Shown here piece after piece: positions 8,155-17,110 of a stretch of 63,079 bases of DNA. The translations under genes and the position numbers were made by a program. A model generated the notes under the pieces. The model saw only the letters and a program-made list of their open reading frames with translations, had not been told where the DNA came from and ran no database searches. The first letter of the stretch is position 1; every line of letters begins with the position of its first letter. The stretch is taken from the NCBI GenBank assembly GCA_028700185.1, contig JAQVTF010000001.1, positions 1-63,079 on the forward strand, in the 5' to 3' direction. This stretch comes from Desulfobacteraceae bacterium (GTDB lineage: Bacteria > Desulfobacterota > Desulfobacteria > Desulfobacterales > UBA2174).

Positions 8155-9462
8155 TCAACGCGAAGAGGACGCCACCTCGATGGTAAACTCCTCCAAATCC
8201 GAAGGCAGGTTGGAAAACACCACCATGAACGGCACCAGTCCTCCGGGAAGCACCCGGGATTTCGATTTATCGGCCTCGGCGACCCGGTCAAGGCGTTGCT
8301 GGATTTCTGCGATCCCCAGCAGATTCAAATCGAGGTCGGTCAACATGTTGCCGGCGAAGACGGTGTCGCTGGCCACCAGCTTTTTCCCCGTGGCCAACAG
8401 GCTTCCCTTGATCTGGATCTGGGTGCGGGGATGATCGTAGTCGTTGCGGGCCTTGCCGGAAATCACGAACAACCGGCCGGCACTGGCGTTTTCCACGAAG
8501 CGGCTGTCGATGGAGAGGGTGCTGATCTTCAGGTTGCCCGCCTCGTCCGCCGGCTGCTGCTCCAGTAAACGGGTAAAAAAGGAAAGGTCCACCCCTTGCT
8601 GCCACGCCCAATACGCCCCGCCCCCAGCGAGCCCCAGAAGCACCAACAGCACCCAGAGCCAGGTGAAGCGTCGTTTCGGCGGGGGGGCGCCGGCCTCCCG
8701 ACCCACGATGGCTTCGGGCTCCGCCGTCAGCGAGGTCTGTCCGTCGGCCGTGGTGGCGGTTCGGAGGGTATAGACATTTCCAAGCGCGGCGATTTCTTCG
8801 TCCGTGGCCGGTTCGCGGGGAATTCCGGTCTCTTCTCCATACAGATCCTCTTCGGCCTCGGAGGTGCTGGTACGCACCAGGTCGGCTGCAATCTGGGCCG
8901 TCTCCAGCCCTGAGGCATCAAGTTCCGCCTCATCGGGGTTTTCACCCGGTTCGCCTTCTTTCACCGAGGCCATCGTCTCTTCATCGTCCTGGAGGATCTT
9001 GTCGATGTCGCCCAAGTCGATATCCTGCGCCTCGAAAACTTCGGTCTCGACGATCGCGCCCTCGTTGTCCAGCGGTTCCAGATCGAATTCCAACTCATCG
9101 GGATCCTCCGCCGGCGCTTCCGACAAGACTTCCGTCTCCTCAAGCGCCAAGTCCAGGTCAAGATCCTCCAGCACGTCACCGTCCCGGGCCCCGGACGGCG
9201 CATCTTCGGTCAGCGCCTTTTCCGTCCCCTCGAAATCGAATTCCGTCGTTTCGGGAGCGGGGCTTTCCCAGGTTTCGTCCACCTCGGCATCGGTGACATC
9301 GACCCCTTCGTCGATATCATCGTCGGGCACGGTGATCGTCGGGGGGGGATAGGCGACGAACACGTGACCGCAGTTGGTGCAGCGGACACGCGATCCGGTC
9401 GGATCCAGCAGGGATTCATCGAGGTTGTAGCTGGCGTGGCAATTTTTACAGGTGATGATCAT
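8155..9462 (-). CDS. MJ0042-type zinc-ribbon protein with acidic linker, one TM segment and a DUF3426-like C-terminus
   Basis: The N-terminus is MIITCKNCHASYNLDESLL...RVRCTNCGHVF. A D/E-rich low-complexity middle is followed by the hydrophobic segment WLWVLLVLLGLAGGGAYWAW. Confidence 0.7.
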   Translation of the reverse strand: MIITCKNCHASYNLDESLLDPTGSRVRCTNCGHVFVAYPPPTITVPDDDIDEGVDVTDAEVDETWESPAPETTEFDFEGTEKALTEDAPSGARDGDVLEDLDLDLALEETEVLSEAPAEDPDELEFDLEPLDNEGAIVETEVFEAQDIDLGDIDKILQDDEETMASVKEGEPGENPDEAELDASGLETAQIAADLVRTSTSEAEEDLYGEETGIPREPATDEEIAALGNVYTLRTATTADGQTSLTAEPEAIVGREAGAPPPKRRFTWLWVLLVLLGLAGGGAYWAWQQGVDLSFFTRLLEQQPADEAGNLKISTLSIDSRFVENASAGRLFVISGKARNDYDHPRTQIQIKGSLLATGKKLVASDTVFAGNMLTDLDLNLLGIAEIQQRLDRVAEADKSKSRVLPGGLVPFMVVFSNLPSDLEEFTIEVASSSR

Positions 9463-9995
9463 GGCGTACTCTCAGTGTTGAATTGCAGACGGTAAATGCC
9501 CGACAGTTGCCGATAGCACTCGTTGAAATCCAGACCGTAACCGACGAGGAAGGCATCGGGCGCTTCGTAGCAACGGTATGCCACCTCCACTTTTACCTGG
9601 CGCCGCGCCGGCTTGTCGAGCAGGGCGCAAATCTTGACACTGCGGGCGCCCAGGGAGCGGATATGCGCCACGAGAAACGCCAGTGTCTGGCCCGTATCCA
9701 CGATGTCCTCGACAAGCAGCACATCCTTTCCACGCAGGTCCATGCCGATCTCCCGGGTCAGGCCGACGTGGCCGGAAGAGACGGTCTGGTCCCCGTAGCT
9801 GGAAGTCCCGACAAAATCGATGACCACGGGAATGGTGAGACGCCGCACCAGATCGGCCATGAAGATGAAGGCCCCTTTGAGCACGCCGATGACCACCAGT
9901 TGCCCGTCGGCGTAATCGCGGGAAATCCGTTGCGCCGTCTCGTCGATGAGTTTTTCAACCGCCTCTTGATCCAGGACAGGAAGGAGTTCAGGCAT
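9459..9995 (-). CDS. hpt: Hypoxanthine phosphoribosyltransferase
   Basis: The ORF is 178 aa. It carries the PRPP-binding motif VLLVEDIVDTGQTL, and the end of the protein reads GYGLDFNECYRQL. Confidence 0.9.
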   Translation of the reverse strand: MPELLPVLDQEAVEKLIDETAQRISRDYADGQLVVIGVLKGAFIFMADLVRRLTIPVVIDFVGTSSYGDQTVSSGHVGLTREIGMDLRGKDVLLVEDIVDTGQTLAFLVAHIRSLGARSVKICALLDKPARRQVKVEVAYRCYEAPDAFLVGYGLDFNECYRQLSGIYRLQFNTESTP

Positions 9996-10265
9996 CCGTA
10001 TCGCCCATTCGGGGTGAGGTGTTTCGGGTATCTAGCGGTGGTTCCAATGGATTCAACACCTACCCTCTGGCCGCACTGTTGTCAATCATTTTAGATTGTT
10101 ACTACCCTCTGGAGACGGAACGCCACCCGGTGGGCACTGAAAAACCGGAAACAGCGCCGGCCCTGTTCCGTCGTTGCGGACCCGGTGAAAAAATTCGGCA
10201 AAGCCGCCGTCACCAGACCGACCCGGCCGGTGGTGATCGGCGGCGATGCCGGAACCGGCATTTTT

Positions 10266-11195
10266 TCACAAACCGCTGTCCTGCAACCCCGTGACCAACT
10301 GTCGCTGCGAATCGGTGAGTTTTTTGGGCATCTTCACATGGATGCGCACGTACAGGTCGCCCTGGCGGCCCCCCTTGAGGCTCGGCAGCCCTTTGCCCGC
10401 CAAGCGCATGCGGGTCTTGTGGTTGACCCCGGCGGGGACTTTCAGGCTGGCGGTGTTGCCGTCCAGCAGTGGCACGGTGACCGTGGTGCCCAGGAGCGCC
10501 TCGGTGAGCTTGATCTCCTTGGCCACGGTGAGATCGAGCCCGTCGACCTCGAAAACCGGATCCGGCAGCAGGTAGGGTTGAATGAACAGATCCCCCGGCA
10601 GGCCACCGTAGGGGCTCGCCTCCCCCTTGCCGGCCAGGCGCAGCTTCTGTCCCGGCACCAACCCCTTGGGAATCTTTACCTCGATGCGATCGACCTTTTG
10701 CCCCTGCTGGAAGGCCACGGTCTTGGTGGCGCCCTCGGCCACCTCCCGAAGGGTGAGGCCGAGTTCATAGACGAGGTCGGATCCCTTGGGCGCGGGCTGG
10801 CGCCGTTTCCTGCCGCCGAACGGCGAGCCGCCGAAACCCGAGGTGCCGGCACCGAAGGGCGAACCGCCGCCCCCGCCGAAGGAGAACCGCACGTTTCCGC
10901 TCTTGCCGCCGAAGCCGAACTCCCGGAGGATTTCGCTGAAATCAAACCCCTGGAAGATGTCTTCCTGGCTGAAGCGCTGCTGGAATCCGTTGGCGCCGTA
11001 CTCGTCGTACTGTTTGCGTTTCTCCGCGTCGCTGAGCACGGCGTAGGCCTCGCTGACCTTCTTGAATCTTTCCTCGGCCGCCTTGTCCCCCTTGGCGTGA
11101 TCCGGGTGGTACTTCATGGCCAGCTTGCGGTAGGCCTTCTTGATTTCCTCCGCCGTGGCGTCCTTTTTGACACCGAGTTCCTTGTAGTAATCCAT
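10266..11195 (-). CDS. cbpA: DnaJ-class co-chaperone / curved-DNA-binding protein CbpA (J domain, no zinc finger)
   Basis: The sequence [33 protein letters not shown] is followed by a G/F-rich region and C-terminal DnaJ_C repeats. No CxxCxGxG motifs are present. Confidence 0.85.
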   Translation of the reverse strand: MDYYKELGVKKDATAEEIKKAYRKLAMKYHPDHAKGDKAAEERFKKVSEAYAVLSDAEKRKQYDEYGANGFQQRFSQEDIFQGFDFSEILREFGFGGKSGNVRFSFGGGGGSPFGAGTSGFGGSPFGGRKRRQPAPKGSDLVYELGLTLREVAEGATKTVAFQQGQKVDRIEVKIPKGLVPGQKLRLAGKGEASPYGGLPGDLFIQPYLLPDPVFEVDGLDLTVAKEIKLTEALLGTTVTVPLLDGNTASLKVPAGVNHKTRMRLAGKGLPSLKGGRQGDLYVRIHVKMPKKLTDSQRQLVTGLQDSGL

Positions 11196-11377
11196 CGTCG
11201 GCTTTCCACATCCATGGATAACGCCCGGCAGTGGGCACCGGGCGGTGGTAGAAATGTTAAAAAATTCTGTTAAATCGGATTGTTCACCTATACACTATAG
11301 ATCTCAAGCGCCACAAGTCAATGCGGCTGGGCGGATCCATGGGCGGAAACGGCTCTCGGGTGTCCGTGGAGCCGGCA

Positions 11378-13267
11378 CTAGACCGGGGCGCCGGCCGCTT
11401 TCCGGCGGCCTTTCAAAAGCACCATCAACACCGCGATGGCCGCCGGCGTCATCCCGTCGATGCGCGCCGCCTGTCCGAGGGAGGCGGGTCTCACCTCGGA
11501 GAGTTTTTCCTTGAGTTCGTTGGAAAGCCCCTGGGCGCCCTGGTAGTCGAAATCTTCCGGGATCATGATCTTCTCCAGGTGCTTGAAGCGCTCGATATCC
11601 GCCAGTTGACGCTGGATGTAGCCGGCGTACTTCACCTCGATTTCCACCTGGCGCGCCACCCGCGGCGCCGGTGGCGGATCGGCCGGGGCCAGGGTGGAAA
11701 CGATGTCGTAGTCGAGCTCGGCACGGCGCAAAAGCTGCTCCAGCGGGGTTCCGCTGCGAATGGGGGCCGAGCCCCGCGTCGCCAGGTGAGCATTGACCGT
11801 CTCATGGGGACGGATCACCGTGGCCCGCACCCGGGACAGTTCTTCGGCGATCTCGGCCTGCCGCCGTGCCACCGCGTCCCGGGTCTCCTTGTCCACCAGT
11901 CCCAATTCCCAACCGATGGCCGCCAGACGCAGGTCGGCGTTGTCCTCCCGGAGCATCAGGCGATATTCGGCCCGGGAAGTGAAGATGCGGTACGGTTCGC
12001 GGGTGCCCCGGGTGACCAGGTCGTCCACCATCACGGCCATGTAGGCCTGGCTGCGGTCCAAAACGAACGGCGGACGGTTCTGGACGCGACAGGCGGCGTT
12101 GACCCCGGCCCAGAGCCCCTGGGCCGCCGCTTCCTCGTAGCCTGAGGTGCCGTTGATCTGCCCGGCCAGATACAGGCCGGCCACCCGCTTGGTCTCCAGG
12201 GTGGGACGCAGTTGCAGCGGATTGACGTAGTCGTACTCGATGGCGTAGGCCGGGCGCATCATTTCGGCCGCCTCCAGCCCTTCGACGCTGTGGACCACTT
12301 CCAACTGGATCTCCAGCGGCAGGCTGTTGCCCAACCCGCTGGCGTAAACCTCCTCGGTGTCCAGCCCTTCGGGCTCCAGGATCACTTGGTGGCGGTCCTT
12401 TTCGGGAAAATGAACGATCTTGTCCTCAAAGGAAGGGCAGTAGCGGGCCGAGACCCCGGTGATCCGCCCCCCGTAGAGGGCCGACAGGTGCAGGTGATCG
12501 CGCACGATGCGGTGGACCCGCTCGCTGGTGTGGCCGATGTAGCTGGAAAGCTGGGGCAGCGGCGACGGCGTGCCGGTAAAGGAAAAAGCCCGGGGCCGGG
12601 CATCACCGCCCTGGAGGTCGAAGCGTGAAAAATCGATGCTGGCGCGCTTGAGCCGCGGCGGGGTGCCGGTCTTCATGCGTCCCAGGGTGAAACCGAGGCC
12701 CTTGAGGTCCGCGGCCAGCCCGTCGGCGGCAAACTCCCCCGCCCGGCCGGCGTGGATGGCCTTGAAACCGATGTGCACCAGCCCGGCGAGGAACGTGCCG
12801 GTGGCCAGCACCACCGCCGGGGCGGCGTAGCCGTAGCCGGTGGCATCCTCCACCCCCGCCACCTGCCCGTTTTCCACCACCAGCCGCTCCACCATGGCCT
12901 GCTTGAGTTCCAGGTTCGGCTGGGATTCCACGATGCGCTTCATCGCCTGGTGGTAGAGCTGCTTGTCGTTCTGGGTGCGGGACCCCTGGACCGCCGGCCC
13001 CTTCTTGGTGTTGAGGGTCTTGTACTGGATCGCCGAACGGTCGGTGGCTTTGGCCATGGCGCCGCCCAGGGCGTCGATCTCCTTGACGAGATGCCCCTTG
13101 GCCATGCCGCCGATGGACGGACTGCACGGCATGGCGGCCAGCTTGTCCAGGTCGATGGCCAGCAGCAGCACCTGGCACCCCATGCGGGCGGCGGCCAGGG
13201 CCGCCTCGCAGCCGGCATGCCCGGCGCCCACCACAATGATGTCGAAACGGCGTGGATAAATGCTCAT
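11378..13267 (-). CDS. mnmG: tRNA uridine-5-carboxymethylaminomethyl modification enzyme MnmG (GidA)
   Basis: The ORF is 629 aa. Motifs include [23 protein letters not shown] and [16 protein letters not shown]. Confidence 0.95.
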   Translation of the reverse strand: MSIYPRRFDIIVVGAGHAGCEAALAAARMGCQVLLLAIDLDKLAAMPCSPSIGGMAKGHLVKEIDALGGAMAKATDRSAIQYKTLNTKKGPAVQGSRTQNDKQLYHQAMKRIVESQPNLELKQAMVERLVVENGQVAGVEDATGYGYAAPAVVLATGTFLAGLVHIGFKAIHAGRAGEFAADGLAADLKGLGFTLGRMKTGTPPRLKRASIDFSRFDLQGGDARPRAFSFTGTPSPLPQLSSYIGHTSERVHRIVRDHLHLSALYGGRITGVSARYCPSFEDKIVHFPEKDRHQVILEPEGLDTEEVYASGLGNSLPLEIQLEVVHSVEGLEAAEMMRPAYAIEYDYVNPLQLRPTLETKRVAGLYLAGQINGTSGYEEAAAQGLWAGVNAACRVQNRPPFVLDRSQAYMAVMVDDLVTRGTREPYRIFTSRAEYRLMLREDNADLRLAAIGWELGLVDKETRDAVARRQAEIAEELSRVRATVIRPHETVNAHLATRGSAPIRSGTPLEQLLRRAELDYDIVSTLAPADPPPAPRVARQVEIEVKYAGYIQRQLADIERFKHLEKIMIPEDFDYQGAQGLSNELKEKLSEVRPASLGQAARIDGMTPAAIAVLMVLLKGRRKAAGAPV

Positions 13268-13354
13268 TGGCGAAACTCGGAACTTGAAATTGGAAACCTG
13301 AAATTGTGACTACGCCCAATTGCCTGGCACTGCTCCTGGAAATCTTCAGCTCTT

Positions 13355-13512
13355 CGACATGGACCCCGGGTCAAGGCCCGGGGTGACGGGCACTAAAGGA
13401 ACCCGGATTCGTCCGGCCCCAGTCCGTCATTCCGCGCTTGACCATAGCCCGCCCCGATCCGCGGTCCGGCCCTTTTTTCGTCATTCCTGCGAAAGCAGGA
13501 ATCCATGTTCAT
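13355..13512. repeat. REP/MITE-like hairpin element, copy 1
   Basis: CGACATGGACCCCGGGTCAAGGCCCGGGGTGACGGGC contains a 7-bp stem (CCCCGGG/CCCGGGG). Further on, GTCATTCCTGCGAAAGCAGGAATCCATGTT contains an 8-bp stem with a GAAA loop. A second copy lies at 16796-16920. Confidence 0.7.
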
Positions 13513-13603
13513 CGCAACGAGACGGCGGAAGCCCATCCGGAATTTTCCAAAGCCGCCGTCATTTGCCTGACCAAACCGGACACCACCGTTGCCGGCGGTA
13601 GTC

Positions 13604-13826
13604 CTAAACTTTGAACGCCGCGAAGCGGCCTTGAACGCGCCGCAGGCGCCTTGAACCTGGAACCTTGAACGCCGCGAAGCGGCCTTGAACGCGCCGCAGA
13701 CGCCTTGAACCTTGAACTTTGAACGCCGCGCAGCGGCCTTGAACACGCCGCAGGCGCCTTGAACCTTGAAATTTGAACGCCGCGAAGCGGCCTTGGGCGC
13801 CTTGGACCTTGAACCCCGAACCTTCC
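13604..13826. repeat. Tandem repeat, 54-bp unit x ~3.9, each unit carrying two small GC hairpins
   Basis: The units start at 13611, 13665, 13719 and 13773. The unit is TTGAACGCCGCGAAGCGGCCTTGAACGCGCCGCAGGCGCCTTGAACCTGGAACC. It contains the hairpins GCCGC-GAA-GCGGC and GCGCC-GCA-GGCGC. Confidence 0.85.
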
Positions 13827-13867
13827 TCTGATATCCGATTCCTCGAACCCGGGTCAAGCGAGGCGAA

Positions 13868-14818
13868 GTGAACGAAGAAAAACGCTACCATGATCTGAAC
13901 CGTTTTCTGCGCCGGCATTTCGGATGCCGGATCCAGAAGATCACCGTGGATGCCGGCTTCACCTGCCCCAACCGCGACGGCACCCTGGGCCGCCAGGGCT
14001 GCATCTACTGCAATGCCCGAGGATCGGGAACCGGGGCCTTTGCCCGCGGCTTGTCCATCCGGGAGCAGGTCGAGGCGGGGAAGGCCGGCATGGCCAAGCG
14101 CTACAAGGCCAAGGGCTTTATCGCCTATTTCCAGGCCTTCACCAACACCTACGCCCCCATCGAGGTATTGCAAAAACGCTACGAAGAGGCGCTGGCGGTA
14201 CCCGGTGTGGTGGGCCTGGCCATCGGCACCCGGCCCGACTGCGTCGACGGGGCCGTGCTGGATCTGCTGCAATCGTACACGAACAGGTACATGGTGTGGA
14301 TCGAATACGGCCTCCAGTCGATCCACGATGCCACCCTCACCGCCATCCACCGCGGCCACGACTACGCCACCTTCCGCCGGGCCGTGGAGGCCACCCGGGG
14401 CCGCGGGATCCTCACCTGCGCCCACATCATTCTGGGACTTCCCGGCGAGACGGCCGGGCACATGCGCCAGACGGCCCGGGCCGTGGCGGCCCTGGGCCTG
14501 GACGGCATCAAGATCCACCTGCTCTACGTGGTGCGCGGCACCCGGCTGGCCCGTCTCCACCAGCAGGGTGAATACCGATGCCTGACCCAATCGGATTACG
14601 CGGACCGGGTCTGCGACGTTCTCGAACGCCTGCCGCCGCAAATGGTGATCCAGCGGCTCACCGGCGATCCCCACCCCGAGGAGTTGGTGGCACCGGATTG
14701 GGCATTGCGAAAGCGGGACACCCTGGCGCTGATCCACAGGCGACTGGAAGAACGGGAAACCTTTCAGGGGCGGTTGTACAACAGCGCGGCGGGGCCGGCC
14801 GAAAAAACTGAAGCGTAG
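13868..14818 (+). CDS. TIGR01212-family radical SAM protein
   Basis: The ORF is 316 aa with a GTG start. Motifs are RYHDLNRFLRRHFGCRIQKITVDAGFTCPNRDG...GCIYCN. Confidence 0.8.
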   Translation: MNEEKRYHDLNRFLRRHFGCRIQKITVDAGFTCPNRDGTLGRQGCIYCNARGSGTGAFARGLSIREQVEAGKAGMAKRYKAKGFIAYFQAFTNTYAPIEVLQKRYEEALAVPGVVGLAIGTRPDCVDGAVLDLLQSYTNRYMVWIEYGLQSIHDATLTAIHRGHDYATFRRAVEATRGRGILTCAHIILGLPGETAGHMRQTARAVAALGLDGIKIHLLYVVRGTRLARLHQQGEYRCLTQSDYADRVCDVLERLPPQMVIQRLTGDPHPEELVAPDWALRKRDTLALIHRRLEERETFQGRLYNSAAGPAEKTEA

Positions 14819-14956
14819 GTTTCGGAATTGCCTGAAATTTCAATTTTCAGGTACTGTTGGGAAAGCCACATCATGGTCGGGGCTTTGCCTGTCATCCCGA
14901 GGCGCAACGCGACGAGGGATCTCCTGACATCCGACACCTCCAACATCGCGCCTTAC

Positions 14957-16600
14957 CTATTCCACCGGCACGAAGCGCTTGGCCAGCGGCACGCGCCGGC
15001 CTTCCCCGAAGGCCTTGGCGGTAACCTTGATCCCCGGGGCCGCCTGCCTTCGCTTGTACTCGCTGCGGTCGATGCGGCGGATCACATCCTGGACCAGTTC
15101 CCGGTCGAAACCTTCGGCGGCCAGGTCCGCGGCGGATCGGGACCGCTCCACATAGCCTTCCAGGATCCGGTCGAGGAGGTCGTAGGGGGGCAGATCATCC
15201 TGGTCCGTCTGGTCCGGGGCCAGTTCGGCCGAAGGGACCTTGTCGATGATGCGCCGGGGGATGATTTCCCCGCGGCGGTTCAGGTGGCGGGAAATCTCGT
15301 AGACCAGGGTCTTGGGCACGTCGCTGATCGCCGCCAGGCCGCCGTTCATGTCGCCGTAAAGGGTGCAGTATCCCACCGCCAGCTCGCTCTTGTTGCCCGT
15401 GGAGAGCACCAGCGCCCCGTCCCGGTTGGAAATACCCATCAGCAGGGTGCCCCGGATGCGCGCCTGGATGTTCTGCTCGGTAATCCCCGGCCGGGCCGGG
15501 TCGAAATCCGGGCAGAGGGCGCGGGCGAAGGTGGCGAAGATCTCGTCGATGGCAATCACCTGGTAGCCGGTCCCGAGGTTGGCGGCCAGGCTCTGGGTAT
15601 CGACGAAATTGTCCCTGGAGGTATAGCGCGACGGCATGAATACGGTGTGCACGTTGGCCGGCCCCAGGGCATCGGCGGCGATGCAGGCCACCAGGGCCGA
15701 GTCGATGCCGCCGGAAAGGCCGATGACCACCTTGGAAAACCCGCACTTGGTCACGTAGTCGCGGGTGCCGCAGACCAGCGCCTGGTAGACCGCCTCGGCC
15801 GTGGAAGCGCTTTGGGGGCGGATTTCGCCGGTCAAGCTATCGGTGTCGAACACCACCAGATCTTCGACAAACTCGTTCGCCCGGACCACCAGCCGTCCCT
15901 CACGGTCGAAGGCGCTGCTGCTCCCGTCGAAGACCAGACTGTCGTTACCGCCCACCTGGTTGGCAAAAATCACCGGTAGCCGGTACTTGCGCGCCGCCGC
16001 CGCCAGCATCCGCTCGCGGAAGGCGGGCTTGGCCAGATCGAAGGGAGAGGCGGCCACGTTGATCAGCAGGTCGGCCCCGGCGGCGCTCATGGCGGCCACC
16101 GGATCGCTGTGGTAGAGCGGCCGCTGAAAGATTTCCTTGTCGTTCCACACGTCCTCACAGATGGTCAGGGCCAGCCGAGAGCCCTTGAATTCCACCACCG
16201 ACGTGTCCGTTCCCGGCTCGAAGTAGCGGCTTTCGTCAAAAACGTCGTAGGTGGGCAGCAGGCGCTTGCAGGCCCGGTGAAGGATGCGCCCGTTGTCGAA
16301 GAGGGCCGCGGCGTTGAACAGCGGTTTTCCCTCCGGTGCCGGATTGCGGTCCACGTAACCGCAGACGACCCCGATCCCCTGGATCCGCTTGACCAGGTGC
16401 GCCAAGGCCGCCAGGCCGGCCTGGACAAAGTCATCGTTTTCCAGAAGGTCCCGGGGCGGGTAACCCGACAGCACCAACTCGGAAAATACCACCAGGTCGC
16501 AGCCCCTGCCCCGGGCCTCCTCGGCCCGGTCAACGATCTTTGCCGCGTTGCCGGCAAAATCCCCCACCAACGGATTGATCTGTGCGATGCCGATTTTCAT
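14957..16600 (-). CDS. nadE: Glutamine-dependent NAD+ synthetase
   Basis: The ORF is 547 aa. An N-terminal C-N hydrolase domain (MKIGIAQINP...) precedes an NAD synthase domain with GLSGGIDSAL. Confidence 0.9.
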   Translation of the reverse strand: MKIGIAQINPLVGDFAGNAAKIVDRAEEARGRGCDLVVFSELVLSGYPPRDLLENDDFVQAGLAALAHLVKRIQGIGVVCGYVDRNPAPEGKPLFNAAALFDNGRILHRACKRLLPTYDVFDESRYFEPGTDTSVVEFKGSRLALTICEDVWNDKEIFQRPLYHSDPVAAMSAAGADLLINVAASPFDLAKPAFRERMLAAAARKYRLPVIFANQVGGNDSLVFDGSSSAFDREGRLVVRANEFVEDLVVFDTDSLTGEIRPQSASTAEAVYQALVCGTRDYVTKCGFSKVVIGLSGGIDSALVACIAADALGPANVHTVFMPSRYTSRDNFVDTQSLAANLGTGYQVIAIDEIFATFARALCPDFDPARPGITEQNIQARIRGTLLMGISNRDGALVLSTGNKSELAVGYCTLYGDMNGGLAAISDVPKTLVYEISRHLNRRGEIIPRRIIDKVPSAELAPDQTDQDDLPPYDLLDRILEGYVERSRSAADLAAEGFDRELVQDVIRRIDRSEYKRRQAAPGIKVTAKAFGEGRRVPLAKRFVPVE

Positions 16601-16795
16601 CCTGCCGTCCTTTCACCACCTTCTCGTTTTACCGCCTGCTCTACTATGGTGCCCGGCAGAGTGTCAACGCGCCGGACGCCGGATGTTCGGCGCCGTGTGA
16701 AAAAATCCGGGGTTCCGGTGGCAGCGGCGGTTGTGGCCGGCTTGGCCAGGCAGGGGACGGCGGCCTTGGAACTTTCGGGGTTACCTTCCGCCAAT

Positions 16796-16920
16796 CGACA
16801 TGGACCCCGGGTCTGAGGCCCGGGGTGACGGGCGGCTGAAACATACCGGACAGCGTTTGGCGCGATCCGAGGTCCGGTCTTATCCCGTCATTCCTGACTT
16901 GATCAGGAATCCATGTTTAC
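16796..16920. repeat. REP/MITE-like hairpin element, copy 2
   Basis: CGACATGGACCCCGGGTCTGAGGCCCGGGGTGACGGGC and GTCATTCCTGACTTGATCAGGAATCCATGTT match the two hairpin modules of copy 1. The stems are conserved and the loops differ. Confidence 0.7.
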
Positions 16921-17110
16921 CGGAACGCGAGGACTGAAGATTTCTGAAAACTTTTCAGCCAATTGGGCCTAGCCACAGACGAGCCCCCCGGCCACTCCCC
17001 CGGAAAAAGAACAGGTGAGGAGAACCGGTTGATTTTCCAGACCCTGAATCTCGTGTTATCGGTGTATAGGTGAAAGGAAAACAGCTCTGGAAACGAAAGG
17101 AACCCCCATC

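Noticed and set aside
13268-13340. A replication origin next to mnmG (gidA), as in E. coli.
   Set aside because: I saw no DnaA-box (TTATCCACA-like) clusters and no AT-rich unwinding element. The region is dominated by GC-rich REP and tandem repeats.
13604-13826. Whether any of the tandem arrays (13604-13826, 38477-38787, 49262-49425) is a CRISPR array.
   Set aside because: The units are contiguous or separated by only 3-4 nt, so there are no unique 25-40-bp spacers. No cas genes are present in the window.
13320-14737. Track ORFs running through the repeat region (13320..13601, 13393..13857, 13604..14737, 16731..16937, 16644..16844).
   Set aside because: They are translations of REP hairpins and the 54-bp tandem repeat, or the antisense of the radical SAM gene. 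Their periodic peptides (FKVQGACGAFKAA.., MDPGSRPGVTG) are repeat artefacts.
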